This document shows positions 50,653 to 64,000 of a stretch of 64,000 nucleotides of DNA, piece by piece. How positions within the stretch are numbered: position 1 is the stretch's first letter; each line of letters starts with the position of its first letter. The stretch is from Octopus sinensis (taxonomy: Eukaryota), in the NCBI RefSeq assembly GCF_006345805.1, contig NW_021832599.1:77122-141121 (forward strand), read 5' to 3'. Below the pieces are notes generated by a model. That model worked only from the letters and a program-made list of their open reading frames with translations. It was not told where the DNA came from and did not search any database. The position numbers and the translations under genes are program-made.

Positions 50653-51708
50653 TAATTTTAATAAATCAAAGAATTTGTGTTGTATGTTATTTCATATATC
50701 CCTATTTATCTATTTCACACATGAATATTTATTATTTTATTATGTAGGCTAATGTCGTAGATTTAAATATATTAACCTATTGTTAACTATTTGTGGAGGA
50801 CTTTGTGTCATTAGGCCTTAGATTTGATAGGCCGTAATTTACCATATATATATATGTATATTTATATATGTGTATATATATATATATATATTTATTTATG
50901 TGTGTGTGTGCGTGTGCGTGTGCGTGTGCGTGTGTGTGCGTGTGCGTGTGTGTGTGTGTGCGTGTGTGTGTGTGTATGTCTGGTATTTGTATTTGTTCCA
51001 GAAAATTCTTGATCTGGAAGCTATGACTTAATAAAAACTCAGACACTGGTTATACTTCACTTTTTGTGGTTTAATTAATTAATTAATTAATTAATTAATT
51101 AATTAATTCGTTAATTAACTATCAATTACGTCTTCAAAGTATTCCACCGCATTACTATAGCCTTTTCAATGGCTCCTCATCACGTAACAGGTCTTCCTTT
51201 TTATGGTTGCTAATTATTTGGATTTAAGAATTAGTATATATTTTCGTGTTACTGTGAGTGCGCACGCGCGTGCTTGTGTATGTAAATGAGGAAAACAAGA
51301 GCAAGGCAAAATTAACCAGAAGAAACGAAGAGCAAATACATAGTTCTCACACATAGTTATACATACAGACGCTACTAATATAAACGCATATGTCACTACT
51401 ACGATTAAAATCATTTGCACAAACACATACTTAAATATATATAAAATACCAGACACAAAGAAAAATAGTTGCAAAAGGACTTCGTTAAAGAAGTTGCAGT
51501 TGTCTGGTGAAAGACCTTGACAGAGTAGTTAATTCATTAATTAACAATAAAAAGATGAAATTATAATCATTGTCTTTGTGTATGTTTGTCGACTATGTTA
51601 CATCTAATGCACAACAATATATTTCATGTCTAGATGCGTGCCCTGTCTTTAAAAAAAATGGCGTGCAGGGCCCAAAGAGGGCGCTATATCAACACGATTG
51701 TTGATAAA

Positions 51709-52308
51709 GGCGGCGAGCTGGCAGAAACGTTAGCACGCCGGGCGAAATGTTTTGTGGTATTTCGTCTGCCGCTACGTTCTGAGTTCAAATTCCGCCGAGG
51801 TCGACTTTGCCTTTCATCCTTTCGGGGTCGATTAAATAAGTACCAGTTACCCACTGTGGTCGATATAATCGACTTAATCCTTTGTCTGTCCTTGTTTGTC
51901 CCTTCTGTGTTTAGCCCCTTGTGGGTAGTAAAGAAATAGGTATTTCGTCTGCCACTACGTTCTGAGTTCAAATTCCGTCGAGGTCGACTTTGGCTTTCAT
52001 CCTTTCGGAGTCGATAAATTAAGTACCAGTTACGCACTGGGGTCAATGTAATCGACTTAATCCGCTTGTCTGTCCTTGTTTGTCCTCTCTGTGTGTAGCC
52101 CCTTGTGGGTAGTAAAGAAATATGTATTTCGTTTGCCGCTACGTTCTGAGTTCAAATTCCACCGAGGTTGACTTTGCCTTTCATCTTTTGGGGATCGATT
52201 AAATAAGTACCAGTTACGCACTGGGGTCAATGTGATCGACTTAATCCGTTTGTCTGTCCTTGTTTGTCCCCTCTGTGTTTGGCCCCTTGTGGGTAGTAAA
52301 GAAATAGG
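51709..52308 (+). mobile_element. SINE family A trimer
   Basis: Three units; 19-bp TSD TATATCAACACGATTGTTG at 51685-51703 and 52312-52330. Confidence 0.9.
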
Positions 52309-52539
52309 TAGTATATCAACACGATTGTTGGTGGTTCATTACTGAAGCTATCTAACACTAGGAAATGCGTTGATGTGTTTTCCCAGAAAATTACGCTTCG
52401 TTATGAATGCGCAGAGGCAGCTTTTGGCCAATTAATAAATGTAAAAATAAAAATCAATGTTTCGTATGTGCCTAAACTTAGAACCGGAGTTTCTTGGCCA
52501 TTATTAGTGTTCGTGAATCAGTTTCTAAGAATCGTGAAG

Positions 52540-53090
52540 AAGTTGACATATTTGCTTCGTACAATTTCCGATGACATCAACCTGGATACAGAAGTAGATC
52601 ACCGCATACGAGAGGCTTCGTTCGTTTTCAAAAACATTAATGATCGTCTGTGGAAGAAAAAAAATAGGCATAGAACGGTCGATAAAATGCGAAGTGTACC
52701 AAGCAATAATACGATGTTGTGCGTTGTATTCTGCTGAGACATGCGCACAGGCTCGTCGACATAGAAAAATGATGACCTGTCGGTTGTACTAGCTGCGATC
52801 CATAATGAATATTTCTTAGGAAGATATCATCTCTAACGAAGCGGTCCTACAGCTGCAATGTGCAAATATGCGAATTGGATGGGATACGTGATCTGCATGT
52901 AGGATAGGCGAATCACCAATGATACTCTTTACAGCGAGTTAAAATGTGGAAGCCATCGGGGAGGGAGACGGAAACACCGTCATAAGGATGTTATGAGAGT
53001 AATCTCAGCGAAGCTTGGGGCCTGATTGGAATGCACAGGGGCAAGATACTGAATGACTGCTTAACACTGTCGGAGGGCTATCGAACAAGG
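52540..53090 (+). pseudogene. RTE LINE fragment (post-RT region)
   Basis: TISDDINLDTEVDHRIREASFVF..DRLW, then W(M)GYV..DRRIT..LYSEL..G..RGG in shifting frames. Confidence 0.7.
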
Positions 53091-53111
53091 AGCAAAAGGG
53101 ACAGATTGAAT

Positions 53112-53270
53112 ATGTAGTGACGTCATATTCCAATGTGCGCACACGCAACGCCATTCTTCAGTGTGCGTGTGCGGAACGTCCTTCTTCAGTGTGCGTGTGC
53201 AGGGTTGGAACCCTCTGGAACCTTCTGGAAAGGCATAAGGAAGTTCCCTCATGCACATGCGCTAGGGACT
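53112..53270. repeat. Inverted, CpG-decayed copy of the 49130-49260 element
   Basis: TGTAGTGACG start; TTCAG..GC..GCAG.GTTGGA and GGAAGTTCC.TCA.G..CATGCGC blocks are shared. Confidence 0.7.
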
Positions 53271-53692
53271 GGGGAAGAAATTCTATCGCGTTCCTTAATA
53301 GCGTCGTTGACTTGAGACACGGCGATAGAAGAGAAAGGACGTATTTTTAAAGGACATTTTTTTTAACGATAGGGCACGAGTGTAAAGAAGCAACCAGTTC
53401 CCTTTACAAATAAGATGAAAAAAGAAAAGAAAAGAAAGAAACTGCGAGAGCAAGATTCACTACAGTAGGACTACCAAAAACATTCTGTAATTACGTTCGT
53501 CTGATTCTGCGATCAAACTGGGTCAGTAGTTTTCCTTTGCAGTCACACGAAAGAGCAAATAATCATTGAAGCTTCTTCATTATATTTCAGGTAAAAAAAA
53601 TGTCCATTTCTTCTACCAAGTCATACATGATTACGGGTGATAGTTATGAAGGATGTACATACATACGTACAAACGCGCACACACACACACAC

Positions 53693-53945
53693 ATTCTTTT
53701 ACTTGCTCCAGCCATTTGACTGCGGCCATGCTGGAGCAACGCCTTTAATCGAACAAATCAACCCCAGGACTTATTCTTTGTAAGCCTAGCACTTATTCTA
53801 TTGGACTATTTTGGCGAACCGCTTCTCTCAGTTTCCATCTACAAAATCCACTCACAAAGCTTTGGTTGACCCGAGGCTATAGTAGAAGAAAAATGCCCAA
53901 AGTGCCACGCAGTGGGACTGAACTCGGAACCATGTGGTTGGAAAG
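53693..53945 (-). mobile_element. SINE family B with internal deletion
   Basis: Tail and head-proximal homology. Confidence 0.8.
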
Positions 53946-54129
53946 CATATGGAGGAAAAAACTCGCCAACGATCCACATGTACTTAAATACATACATACA
54001 TACATACATGGTGGCTGCCCCCTCGTTATCGAGTATGGCCATTGCATGAAGTTTAATTAATGTTGTTATCGTGCAATGCCTGTGCAAGAAGATTTTTTTT
54101 AAGTGAGGAAAGGCTGTGCACTGAGTCAA

Positions 54130-54554
54130 TCCCACTCACTAAGCAACAGCAGCCATAATCCGAAAAGAAGAGCAAGTCAACATCATCGGTAACCACTGAG
54201 CCGCAGATTTTATGTCGGAGTTATCCCAGTTACCTGAGTTACCTTCTAGAATGATGCCCTAACAAAGGCTAGGAGTCCTTCACTCCCAATGGTTTAACCA
54301 CGCGATCGGGTATTCAGTCCCATTATTTCTATGTCCCTGCGCATGATCCAGCCTTAAGACATTTATTGGATGGCCGTTGACTCTCAAGAGTTCCTCCGCC
54401 CTTTGACGGGTTTTGTTTTTCATTCCGCAGGGTGTCCAATAAACACCCTCCTCACCAAGCAAGCTTGGTGGGGTTGCCGGTTTAGTCTCCGACGACCCGA
54501 CCATGCAACAGGTTGTACTGGGTTACATGTTACCAGTAGCACTCGAAAGTGACC
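54130..54554 (-). mobile_element. 5' region of a probable RTE-type LINE
   Basis: Shares its start with 38655-38800; GTTAGGGCATCATTCTAGAAGGTAACTC resembles RTE 5' UTRs. Confidence 0.5.
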
Positions 54555-54557
54555 TGA

Positions 54558-54730
54558 CATACATACATACATACATACATACATACATACATACATACAT
54601 ACATGCATACATGCATATATACATACATGCATACATACATACATACATACATACATACATACATACATACATGCATATATACATACATGCATACATACAT
54701 ACATACATGCATACATACATACATACACAC
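54558..54730. repeat. (CATA)n microsatellite
   Basis: Direct reading. Confidence 0.95.
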
Positions 54731-55252
54731 ATATATGTATATACGTATGCAAGTATCATTGTCTTTCTCCCCCTCCCCCTCTTTCCACACACACATATTT
54801 TGAATGAAACAAGTCTTGCTTTTTGTCATGAGAAGGAAATATTACATATCGACATATGTGAAAGTATAGACAAATGCTTTTTTTTTTTTCACACGTTTCC
54901 ACATAAAAGTTTTACTGTAAAAAAACATTAGTGTATGTTTTCACGCAGTGACTTTTGCACATACAAACACAAACACACGCATGCACAAAGTAAAGGAAAT
55001 CTCATTTAACTACAATAAAAATGTTTTGCTGAATGGTTTATATTGTCATCAGCTTCTCAAAGTTTCAATACACTTCGATGCAATTTGCAGGTCATGAGCA
55101 CGCTCGCACATACATACACTTATTAATAGCCACACTTAGACCAACACACATGCATACACAGACACACACACATATACGATGTATGTGTGTGTATATATAT
55201 ATATATAAGGTATATATATATTATATATATATATTATATATATATATATATA

Positions 55253-55291
<39 letters not shown>

Positions 55292-55915
55292 AATGTGATA
55301 TATATGTGTATATGCGAGGATGATATAAATGCTGTTATACCCATCAGCTTGTATAAAAAAAGTAACAACATCATAGCACACAAATAATGTTGTTCATATA
55401 TCTATCTTCATTTTTTCTTTTTCCGTAAATCTCAACTATATACATACATATGAATAATAGCTCGTCTGACGCAAATGGTTGAAAATTTATATAGGAAAGT
55501 GTTATGTATTTATGCATTTATGGCGTCAAAATGAAAGTTAGAAAGGAAAAAAATAACAAATTTCGACGGAAACCAAAGCACATATATCTGTCAATTTCTT
55601 ATGTCGTATTTTTAAATAATATTTATATCATACATAAATGGTTTACGTAATAGCTAATTGCTATATATATATATATAATTTTATATGAACGTCAATATGA
55701 TTGTGGATTGTGCAAAAACGCTTGTGGGATAACCTATCTTTTGGTGGTAGAATAGTCACAAAGCTGTTTATAATTCTCAAGATAGGAGTTAATAATGTTA
55801 GGTTAGTCAATCTAGCTAATGGTTATAAGTTTTGATGTGACAAAAAGGTATTTATGGAACTACTTTGCGTACTCGATAGCCTGTTCTACTAATAAGCGAT
55901 TACTACTGATACCCC

Positions 55916-56008
<93 letters not shown>

Positions 56009-56043
56009 AAGTTGAGTTGTGGGTATCGCACGAGTGGAATTAT

Positions 56044-56333
56044 TACGAAAGAAGTTTGAAAATGCAATTTAAAAGATGTTTATTTACTTAACCGTTCACT
56101 CTTTGGAAAAAGATTGTCAAAAGTAACATAGATATTATGAATTCAAAAAAGTTTGCAACAACCAATAATTATGTAAAAAAACTTTTTTGAATTCATAATA
56201 TTCAATGTGGCAATTATGTAAAAAAACTTTTTTGAATTCATAATATTCTATGTTACTTTTGACAATCTTTTTCCAAAGAGTGAAACCGGTTAAGTAAATA
56301 AACATCTTTTATTGCATTTTCAAACCTTCTTTC

Positions 56334-56336
<3 letters not shown>
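56044..56336. repeat. Fold-back palindrome (~110-bp arms, internally duplicated centre) between (TA)n tracts
   Basis: Arms differ mainly by single-base run-length indels. Confidence 0.9.
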
Positions 56337-56378
<42 letters not shown>

Positions 56379-56514
56379 TATATATATATATATATAATAT
56401 ATATCATAATAATATTTTACTAGCTGGACCCGTGAAAAATTCACGGAAAATATAAAAAATGTAAGCATCTGTAAATTGTGTACTGGTGCCATGAGAAATG
56501 TTCCTATATTCTTT

Positions 56515-56895
56515 TCTAGTCTAGACACAAGGCCCGAATTCTGGGGGGAAGTGGGGCCAGTCGATTAGATTAACCGCAGTACACAGCTGGTACTTAATTT
56601 ATCGACCCTCGAAAGGATGAAAGGCAAAGTCGACCTCGGCAGTATTTGAACTCAGAACGTAGCGGCAGACGAAATACCTATTTCTTTACTACCCACAAGT
56701 GGCTAAACATAGAGAGGACAAACAAGGACAGACAAACGGATTAAGTCGATTAGATCAACCCCAGTACTTAATTTATCGACCCTGAAAGGATGAAAGGCAA
56801 AGTCGACCTCGGCGGAATTTGAACTCAGAACGTAAGGGCAGACGAAATACGGCTACACATTTCGCCCGGCGTGCTAACGATTCTGCCAGTTCGCC
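56515..56895 (-). mobile_element. SINE family A dimer
   Basis: Two cores, head at about 56895. Confidence 0.9.
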
Positions 56896-56928
56896 GGCTT
56901 TAACAGTCACAATAGAGAAACATTTCCA

Positions 56929-57140
56929 AGGCGGCGAGCTGCCAGAATCGTTAGCACGCCGGGCGAAATGTCTAGCCGTATTTCGTCTGCCCTTACGTTC
57001 TGAGTTCAAATTCCACCGAGGTCGACTTTGCCTTTCATTCTTTCGGGGTCGATAAATTAAGCCCCATTTGCATACTGTAATTGATGTAATCGGCTGCCCA
57101 CCCCACAAAAAAAATCCGGACTTGTGCCTATAGTAGAAAA
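56929..57140 (+). mobile_element. SINE family A monomer, tail type 2
   Basis: Head 34 bp from the head of the previous copy. Confidence 0.85.
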
Positions 57141-58246
57141 GTATATTGCGACAGTTACAACACAGAAAGAAGTGTAAAACCGATAACTGCATAATCCAAC
57201 CAAAATAACTCAGTTATGCAAATGTAAACAGAATTACTATTTAGCATTAAAATACATCGTAAATATTCAAAGGACCTACTTGGTTTAGTGGTCGTTCTCT
57301 CCTTCTACGCTGGCGCTCTCGTACTGCGTCCCTCGTGCGATTATCCATATTTTAAAACTTGTTATTAAAACAATAAATCTCCAAAAAGGATTCGAGTATG
57401 TCAATTGAAAAAAAAACATATACAAAAATGTATTTGACAGTTTTTGTTTAAAAGGTGAAAATATTTCTGAAATACTCACCTAATATGCAAGGACACAGTA
57501 TATAGGATAAGGTAATTAATTACATCGTAGGAAAGCGAAAAGTAAAGGGAAAAATAGAATTGGTACTTTTAATTTTGTTCGGCTCTATGAATTTAATTTT
57601 ATGTTTTCGTCAATTGTTTGATACAAGAAAAAAAAAATTGGGAAAATCCTGACCAAAATAGAGAAATTATAACTTAACAAAAATATAGAAATGAAGAAAA
57701 AGTTTGTATTCGAAAGCCAAAAGATATTTTATAGCTGAAGTGTAATTTTCTAATTCAAACAAGTACAAAGTTTAAATTTCGGAACATGAGACTTAACAGG
57801 TTATCTGGTGTATGGCTGAATTCAAATGGGTAGAAGACCTAAAACAAATGTGTGTGTATGTGTGTGTGTGTGTGTGTGTGTTTGGACCTTTAAAAGCCAG
57901 GGGTCAATTGCAGTTCAATCGTAGAAAGGAATTTGAATACCTATCAGGCACTTCTTTTTACACTCTCTCTCTCTCTCTCTCTTTCTGTCTCACTTCCTCT
58001 CTCTCTCATGCTCAGACACACATCGAGCACGTATCTTAATTAAGTATCTTAATTTTCTCATTCTGATTGTTGCTGCTTCGATGGGTATTGAGAAGAAGTA
58101 ATACAACACATACGTGGTGGTTTCAAATCGCTTCCAGAAATTACATGAGATCTAATTTTTATTTAAGCAACAAAATTTCTTTCTATTAAGCGTGACATAC
58201 GCGTCAGGTACGTACAAAAAGCAAATAGGCGTATTAATACTATTGA

Positions 58247-58572
58247 TTTTTCGATTTGAAACGGCAATTTTTAAATTCAAACAAATGACTGAAAAATGAT
58301 GAGCTAACCCCAGCCAGAATCGAACCCACAATTGGGTTTTCTCTCCATAACTTACAAAGCCTTCGGGGTATGTTAACAAATATTATATGTAGTATTAGAC
58401 TGCTTAAGTATATAGTAACTAAATTTGGCTGAAATTGCTGAGTGAGCGTTTGGCCCAATCGGATGCTCAAGGAGCCATGTTAGCGTTGATTTGTGGGTTC
58501 GATTTTGGCTGGGGCTAGCTCATCATTTTTTAGTCATTTGTTTGTATTGAAAAATTATCGCTTCAAATCGGA
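58247..58572. mobile_element. MITE-like element with ~85-bp imperfect TIRs
   Basis: CAAACAAATGAC..AAAAATGATGAGCTA.CCCCAGCCA.AATCGAACCCACAA is mirrored at 58490-58572. Confidence 0.7.
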
Positions 58573-58689
58573 GAATAAGATATCATTATGATATATTATT
58601 ATACAATTATTATTATAATATGAATCTTCCATAGTAGCTTTCTCTTTGTAACTTACAAAGCCTTTCGGATTTCTTTATAAATATCATAA

Positions 58690-58769
<80 letters not shown>

Positions 58770-58773
<4 letters not shown>

Positions 58774-58865
58774 TGTTCAGCCATATGTACGTTAATTTCA
58801 CGAGCACGCAGTCCCGTTGATCTGATCAACTAGAACCCTCGTCGCCGCAGACGACGAAGTTCCAT
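58770..58865 (+). mobile_element. SINE family D 3' tail fragment
   Basis: Homologous to 26615-26700. Confidence 0.7.
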
Positions 58866-59029
58866 CACCAATCTATCTAGCTAACTATCTATCTGTCTAT
58901 CTATCTATCTATACATATTTATATATATATATTAGCAGTATAACCCGGCTTTGCTCGGGATTAAGTTAGGATTATTAAGCTAATCAAGGTCTTTATTTCA
59001 AAGCAAACTAAACAACATCGACGTCAAAT

Positions 59030-59220
59030 AAACAAAAGACGAAGGCAGGTGGAGTACAAACAAACAATTGTATTAGTATGGCGCTCAGGAATAGAAATAA
59101 AAACAAGTCTTTTACGTTTCGAGCCTACGCTCTTCAACAGAAAGATACACAGAAAAGAACACGGAGAGAAACAAGGAGAGAAAAAAATGCGTGCAGGAGC
59201 TAACGATTCAACATGGCGGT
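59030..59220 (-). mobile_element. Short Penelope-like terminal repeat with degenerate hammerhead (59108-59145)
   Basis: TCTTT-CTGTTGA-A-GAGC(GTAG)GCTC-GAAAC-GTA-AAAGA on the minus strand. Confidence 0.5.
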
Positions 59221-59237
59221 ATATCTATCTATCTATC

Positions 59238-59293
<56 letters not shown>

Positions 59294-59534
59294 CACACAC
59301 ACATATGAGAACAACATCGGCCTTTTCTTCTGTTAGCTCTCTCTCTCTCTCTCCTCTCCTTTTCTCTCTCTCTCATAGACTGAACTAGTCTAAACCAGTT
59401 TACGGCTTAAAAGTCACACAACCAGAACTTTACCTATTTTTGTTTTTGTTTTATTTCCTAAACTTCGACAGTATTACAAGTTGGTGCTAGCATCTATTCA
59501 TAGACGGCGCTGTCTCTTTATTATGCGTCTGCTC

Positions 59535-59601
<67 letters not shown>

Positions 59602-59641
59602 AGAGAAAGAGAGAGAGAAAGGAGGGAGAGAGAACCATATA

Positions 59642-59676
<35 letters not shown>

Positions 59677-59886
59677 TTCATGTATGTGTGTGCATGTACA
59701 TTAGTACTGTGTATATATTCGCGTATGTGGGTGGAGACAGGCGGTAATATCTATAGAAAATCTTCTCTCACTCAGATTTGATTATATGTATATATGTATG
59801 TATATATAAATATGTATATAATACATATATATATGTATGTATGTATATAATATATATATGTGTAGTTATGTGTCTATGTATATATG

Positions 59887-59953
<67 letters not shown>

Positions 59954-60374
59954 ATATATATATATATATTTATACATATACGTATGTATGTACATCTATA
60001 TATGCATACAAATATATATGTACGCATATATAGATATACATGTATATATGTACGCACGTGTGTATTTTAACATTGATATAAATAAATATATACACATAAC
60101 CAAATTCGCATTGATTATACGCATATTGTTTGCAGGGGTGGTTATATATTTTTCTGTATTCAGTCGCTATTTTTCCGCGAGATCTAATAAAACGGATTGC
60201 TTTTTGTCCAAACAGCCTGTTGTTAATATGGCGACCGAGTGTTCAAAGTGACTTGAACAATGTTAATAAGAACCTATTGTATGCGTTTGATTTATTACTA
60301 ACGGTCAGTGAACAACTTACAGCATCTGCTCTGTTTTCAGACCCAACCTCTCTCACTGCTTTCAATAGGCACAG

Positions 60375-60419
60375 TTATTGTTGTTGTTGTTGTTGTTGTT
60401 ATCATTATTATTATTATTA

Positions 60420-60475
<56 letters not shown>

Positions 60476-60531
60476 TATTATTATCATTGCTTGTGTTGTT
60501 GCTGTTGTTGTAATTCTTGTTGTTGTTGTTG

Positions 60532-60594
<63 letters not shown>

Positions 60595-60664
60595 TGTTAT
60601 TATTATTGTTATTATTATTGTTATTATTATTATTATTATTATTGTTATTATTATATTATTATTA

Positions 60665-60705
<41 letters not shown>

Positions 60706-60725
60706 GTTATTATTATTTATTATTA

Positions 60726-60769
<44 letters not shown>

Positions 60770-60819
60770 GTTATTATTATTATTATTATTATTTTTGTTA
60801 TTATTATTATTATTTATTA

Positions 60820-60858
<39 letters not shown>

Positions 60859-60877
60859 GTTTTATTATTTATTATTA

Positions 60878-60915
<38 letters not shown>

Positions 60916-61025
60916 GTTATATGGTTGTTGTTGTTATTATTATTATTATTATTATCATCATCACCATTGATGTTGTTGTTGCTGTTGTTGTTGTTGTGAT
61001 TGTTATTATTGTCATTATTGTTAAA
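60375..61025. repeat. (TTA)n/(TTG)n trinucleotide tract
   Basis: Direct reading. Confidence 0.95.
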
Positions 61026-61165
61026 GGCTGCTTAGCAAGCTACCCTCAACTGTGATTTGTATACATGTTTATCGATGTGTGTGTTTATCGTTTGTATGTC
61101 TACGTGTGTTGGGTGTACGTGTGAGAGCGTGTTTGTGTGAATGTGACGTGTGTGTGTGTGTGTGT

Positions 61166-61202
<37 letters not shown>

Positions 61203-61269
61203 CTAAATGATATAGATATGCAAATATAGTTATGTATTTAAAGATCACTATACGGATATATACTGTACT

Positions 61270-61308
61270 GATAGACAGACAGACAGATAGATAGATAGAT
61301 AGATAGAT

Positions 61309-61384
<76 letters not shown>

Positions 61385-61387
61385 TAG

Positions 61388-61448
<61 letters not shown>

Positions 61449-61456
61449 CAGACAGT

Positions 61457-61528
<72 letters not shown>

Positions 61529-61536
61529 CAGACAGT

Positions 61537-61592
<56 letters not shown>

Positions 61593-61600
61593 CAGACAGT

Positions 61601-61668
<68 letters not shown>

Positions 61669-61685
61669 AGATAGATAGATATACC
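61270..61685. repeat. (GATA)n microsatellite with GACAGTTA interruptions
   Basis: Direct reading. Confidence 0.95.
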
Positions 61686-62199
61686 ACACCTGTGTTACCG
61701 AAACAAAGGACTCTGCACGATCTATAAAACATACGTACTCTGGCCTCACCCGTTTACAACAACGTATGAACTTTCAGTGACAACAGCTACAATATGATTC
61801 ATAAAAGATTTATAAGAGACTAAATGAAAAGAGAATGGTTAAAAGTTAATAAGACATAATCAAAGTTTGTGAAAATTAGATAAAATTTATTAATTGAATT
61901 GCAGATAGTCTTGCGAAGTAAGAGACTGCGGTAGTACGTATTTTATTTTAGCTCTTATGTGTCACAATTCTCGTTTTATGTTTTGGATATCAAAATCAAC
62001 CTTTGACCTGCAGAAGAACTTAATAAACCAAACACACATCTTCATATGTTTCTATATTTCCTATAAGCCGTATGGAACAGGCTTCAGTTTTAGAGTGAAG
62101 TGTGTTCTTATATTTCAATATTATTTTCTTGAAACTTTGCACCCCATGAAAGCAATCATTATACCAAACTTGACGATTCCGTAATTAGTGCTCCCAAAT

Positions 62200-63270
62200 T
62201 GGCGATGAAATTCTAATTACCATACACTTTCTTTAATCTGTTTTTTCAAGGTCATCAAGGGTCTTTCGCCACGTCAACGTCATCGCTGGTCTTCCATTTT
62301 GAAGTTGACTATGAGAAATATCTTGGTGTTTCTAGTCTCTTTCATATGAAAGATATGCTCCACTCAGGGAATGTAGGGCTTTGTCTATGACCCTTTATTT
62401 GACTGGGTCTCTGAGACTGGTGCAAGGAGGAGAGAAAATTATCTCCAAACTGAAGATCTAATCTGAATACATGCAGCAGAGTGAACTCTGCTAAAATTAC
62501 CGAAGGTACCAGGTGATGATGTTAAATCAAGCAACTGCTTGAGTTTGCAATTAAAAAAATCAGTTTGCAGGTAACCCAGAAATGTTTCAATACACACTAA
62601 TATTAGAGTTCCACATTATCGCTGTTTGGTATCTTATCGTTCCATGAAATGCTACATATTAAGCCCAGACATTTCATGTGATACGCAACTAAAGAGTCGA
62701 ACTGATTCGTGTATAACGTTCAAATTTCAAATCTTTGTTTTAAGTGAAATATTATGATCTTTCCAGAAGCACTGGAATAAATTTCCAAAAGTATGCTGGC
62801 TTTCTAAAGACGAGTGAATTTCACTATCAATTCTAGCATTTGGGTTTACCGTCGAGCAGGGATAGCAACTCGACCGACTGATGGTCTTCATCGGATTATT
62901 ATCGGTTTTTATGACAAGGTTCGATTATGGTGAATTTGGGCCAAGCTGACGAACAAGTCTAGTTTTGTCATACTTAATTGTTCGACCAAAATATACTTTG
63001 CGTGCCTTGGAAAGTCTACTTATAAGGTTTTGCATCTCTTCCGAAGAATGCGCAACCAATGCACAAACACCGGCATAAAGTAGCTCATGCATCGATTTGA
63101 GCCCAGTTTCCGTCTTTGCATTGAGCCTTTTGCGGTTCACTGGATGCAAAGAAACATGGAAGAATGCCAGGAAATAAAGCAAGAAAAGGTCTTCACAGTT
63201 GCGGAAGCCGAAGTCCCAATTGCACTATGTTAAAGAGATTTAAACTCAGACAAGATCATTTAAAATTTTT
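62200..63270 (-). pseudogene. RTE LINE relic (RT motif 5 to C-terminus)
   Basis: KRLNAKTETGLKSMHELLYAGVCALVAHSSEEMQNL (YADD region), then GRP..TWRKTLDDLEK. Confidence 0.75.
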
Positions 63271-64000
63271 TTTTCATTACCCACAAGGGGCTAAACACAG
63301 AGGGGACAAACAAGGACAGACAAACGGATTAAGTCGATTACATCGACCCCAGTGCGAAACTAGACATTCACACCACTCATGCAGTCACCAAAGAGAAGAA
63401 GAGAGTAAGTAATACAAAGCAAGAACAATTTTGGCTATTAGCCATCATATCGTCATGAAACGAGCCTATGGTTTTCCTATTAGCCGGTGTATCCACTTTT
63501 ATATCCACGTTTCCTTAATTCCCTACCGGAAACAATATATCAAAACAGTTTTGTTCTATATAAACCATGTAGAGTCCCTTATTACACTATCGAGTTTCCT
63601 TTTGAACTTGCATTACAATAAAAGTCTAATGGATCGAAAGCTGAATTGGGATTCAGGATAAATGAACTAAATATACGTCCATTCTACTAAAAATAATACG
63701 AGAAAGTATTTTTATAGAAGAGTAAGGAACTACTATGGAAGCATCCTTATACTACAGAGGGACGGACCCACACTTCCAAATCAAACATACAGAGTTTGGT
63801 GAGCTTTTTCCTGAGCCCTCTACTGATCAGACGAGATTACTACTTTTGAGAAAATATGTTAAACATAAAATATGTCTCAGATTTAGTTAGTTAGTTAGTT
63901 AGTTAGTTAATTTGGCTCAAAAGCAAATAGCAAGGCCATGTAGGGGGACATGGAGTTAAGTACAGGGTGGTGTTCATGTAAAGAGTTCAGGCCACTTGAG

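Noticed and set aside
57473-57482. Perfect minus-strand splice donor AGGTGAGTAT
   Set aside because: No supporting acceptor or coding frame; a single motif in 64 kb is not evidence of an exon.

Overview
AT-rich, repeat-saturated animal genomic DNA. The repeat families and compound microsatellites point to an octopus (coleoid cephalopod); this is inferred, not database-checked. I found no convincing host protein-coding exon, rRNA, true tRNA gene or CRISPR array, and almost all long ORFs in the track are microsatellite translations. Real coding remnants are all from transposons: a near-complete Tx1/L1-clade LINE (42.1-46.8 kb, every frameshift a single-base indel in a run of identical bases) sitting in a (TATC)n tract; an R4/Dong-like RT-RLE LINE (23.7-25.7 kb); RTE/RTE-X and CR1 fragments; a decayed hAT transposase; a Helitron Rep fragment plus three non-autonomous Helitrons; and a Penelope-like (GIY-YIG) relic. 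Four tRNA-derived SINE families (my labels A-D) are present. Two things stand out. (1) There are several hammerhead-ribozyme folds not explained by any ORF: 29.19 kb (+), 29.6 kb (-), 35.6 kb (+), 39.35 kb (-) and 20.8 kb (+), plus degenerate ones. One lies in a non-coding 353-bp unit with 101-bp terminal direct repeats inserted in (TA)n, i.e. a retrozyme-like or non-autonomous Penelope-like element. (2) SINE A forms internal ~184-bp tandem arrays, including a 27-unit, 5-kb satellite inside one 14-bp target-site duplication, and its 3' stem-loop tail matches the 3' end of the Tx1 LINE in this window. Several short fold-back palindromes abut (TA)n tracts. All alignments and folds were done by eye, so boundaries of decayed elements are approximate.
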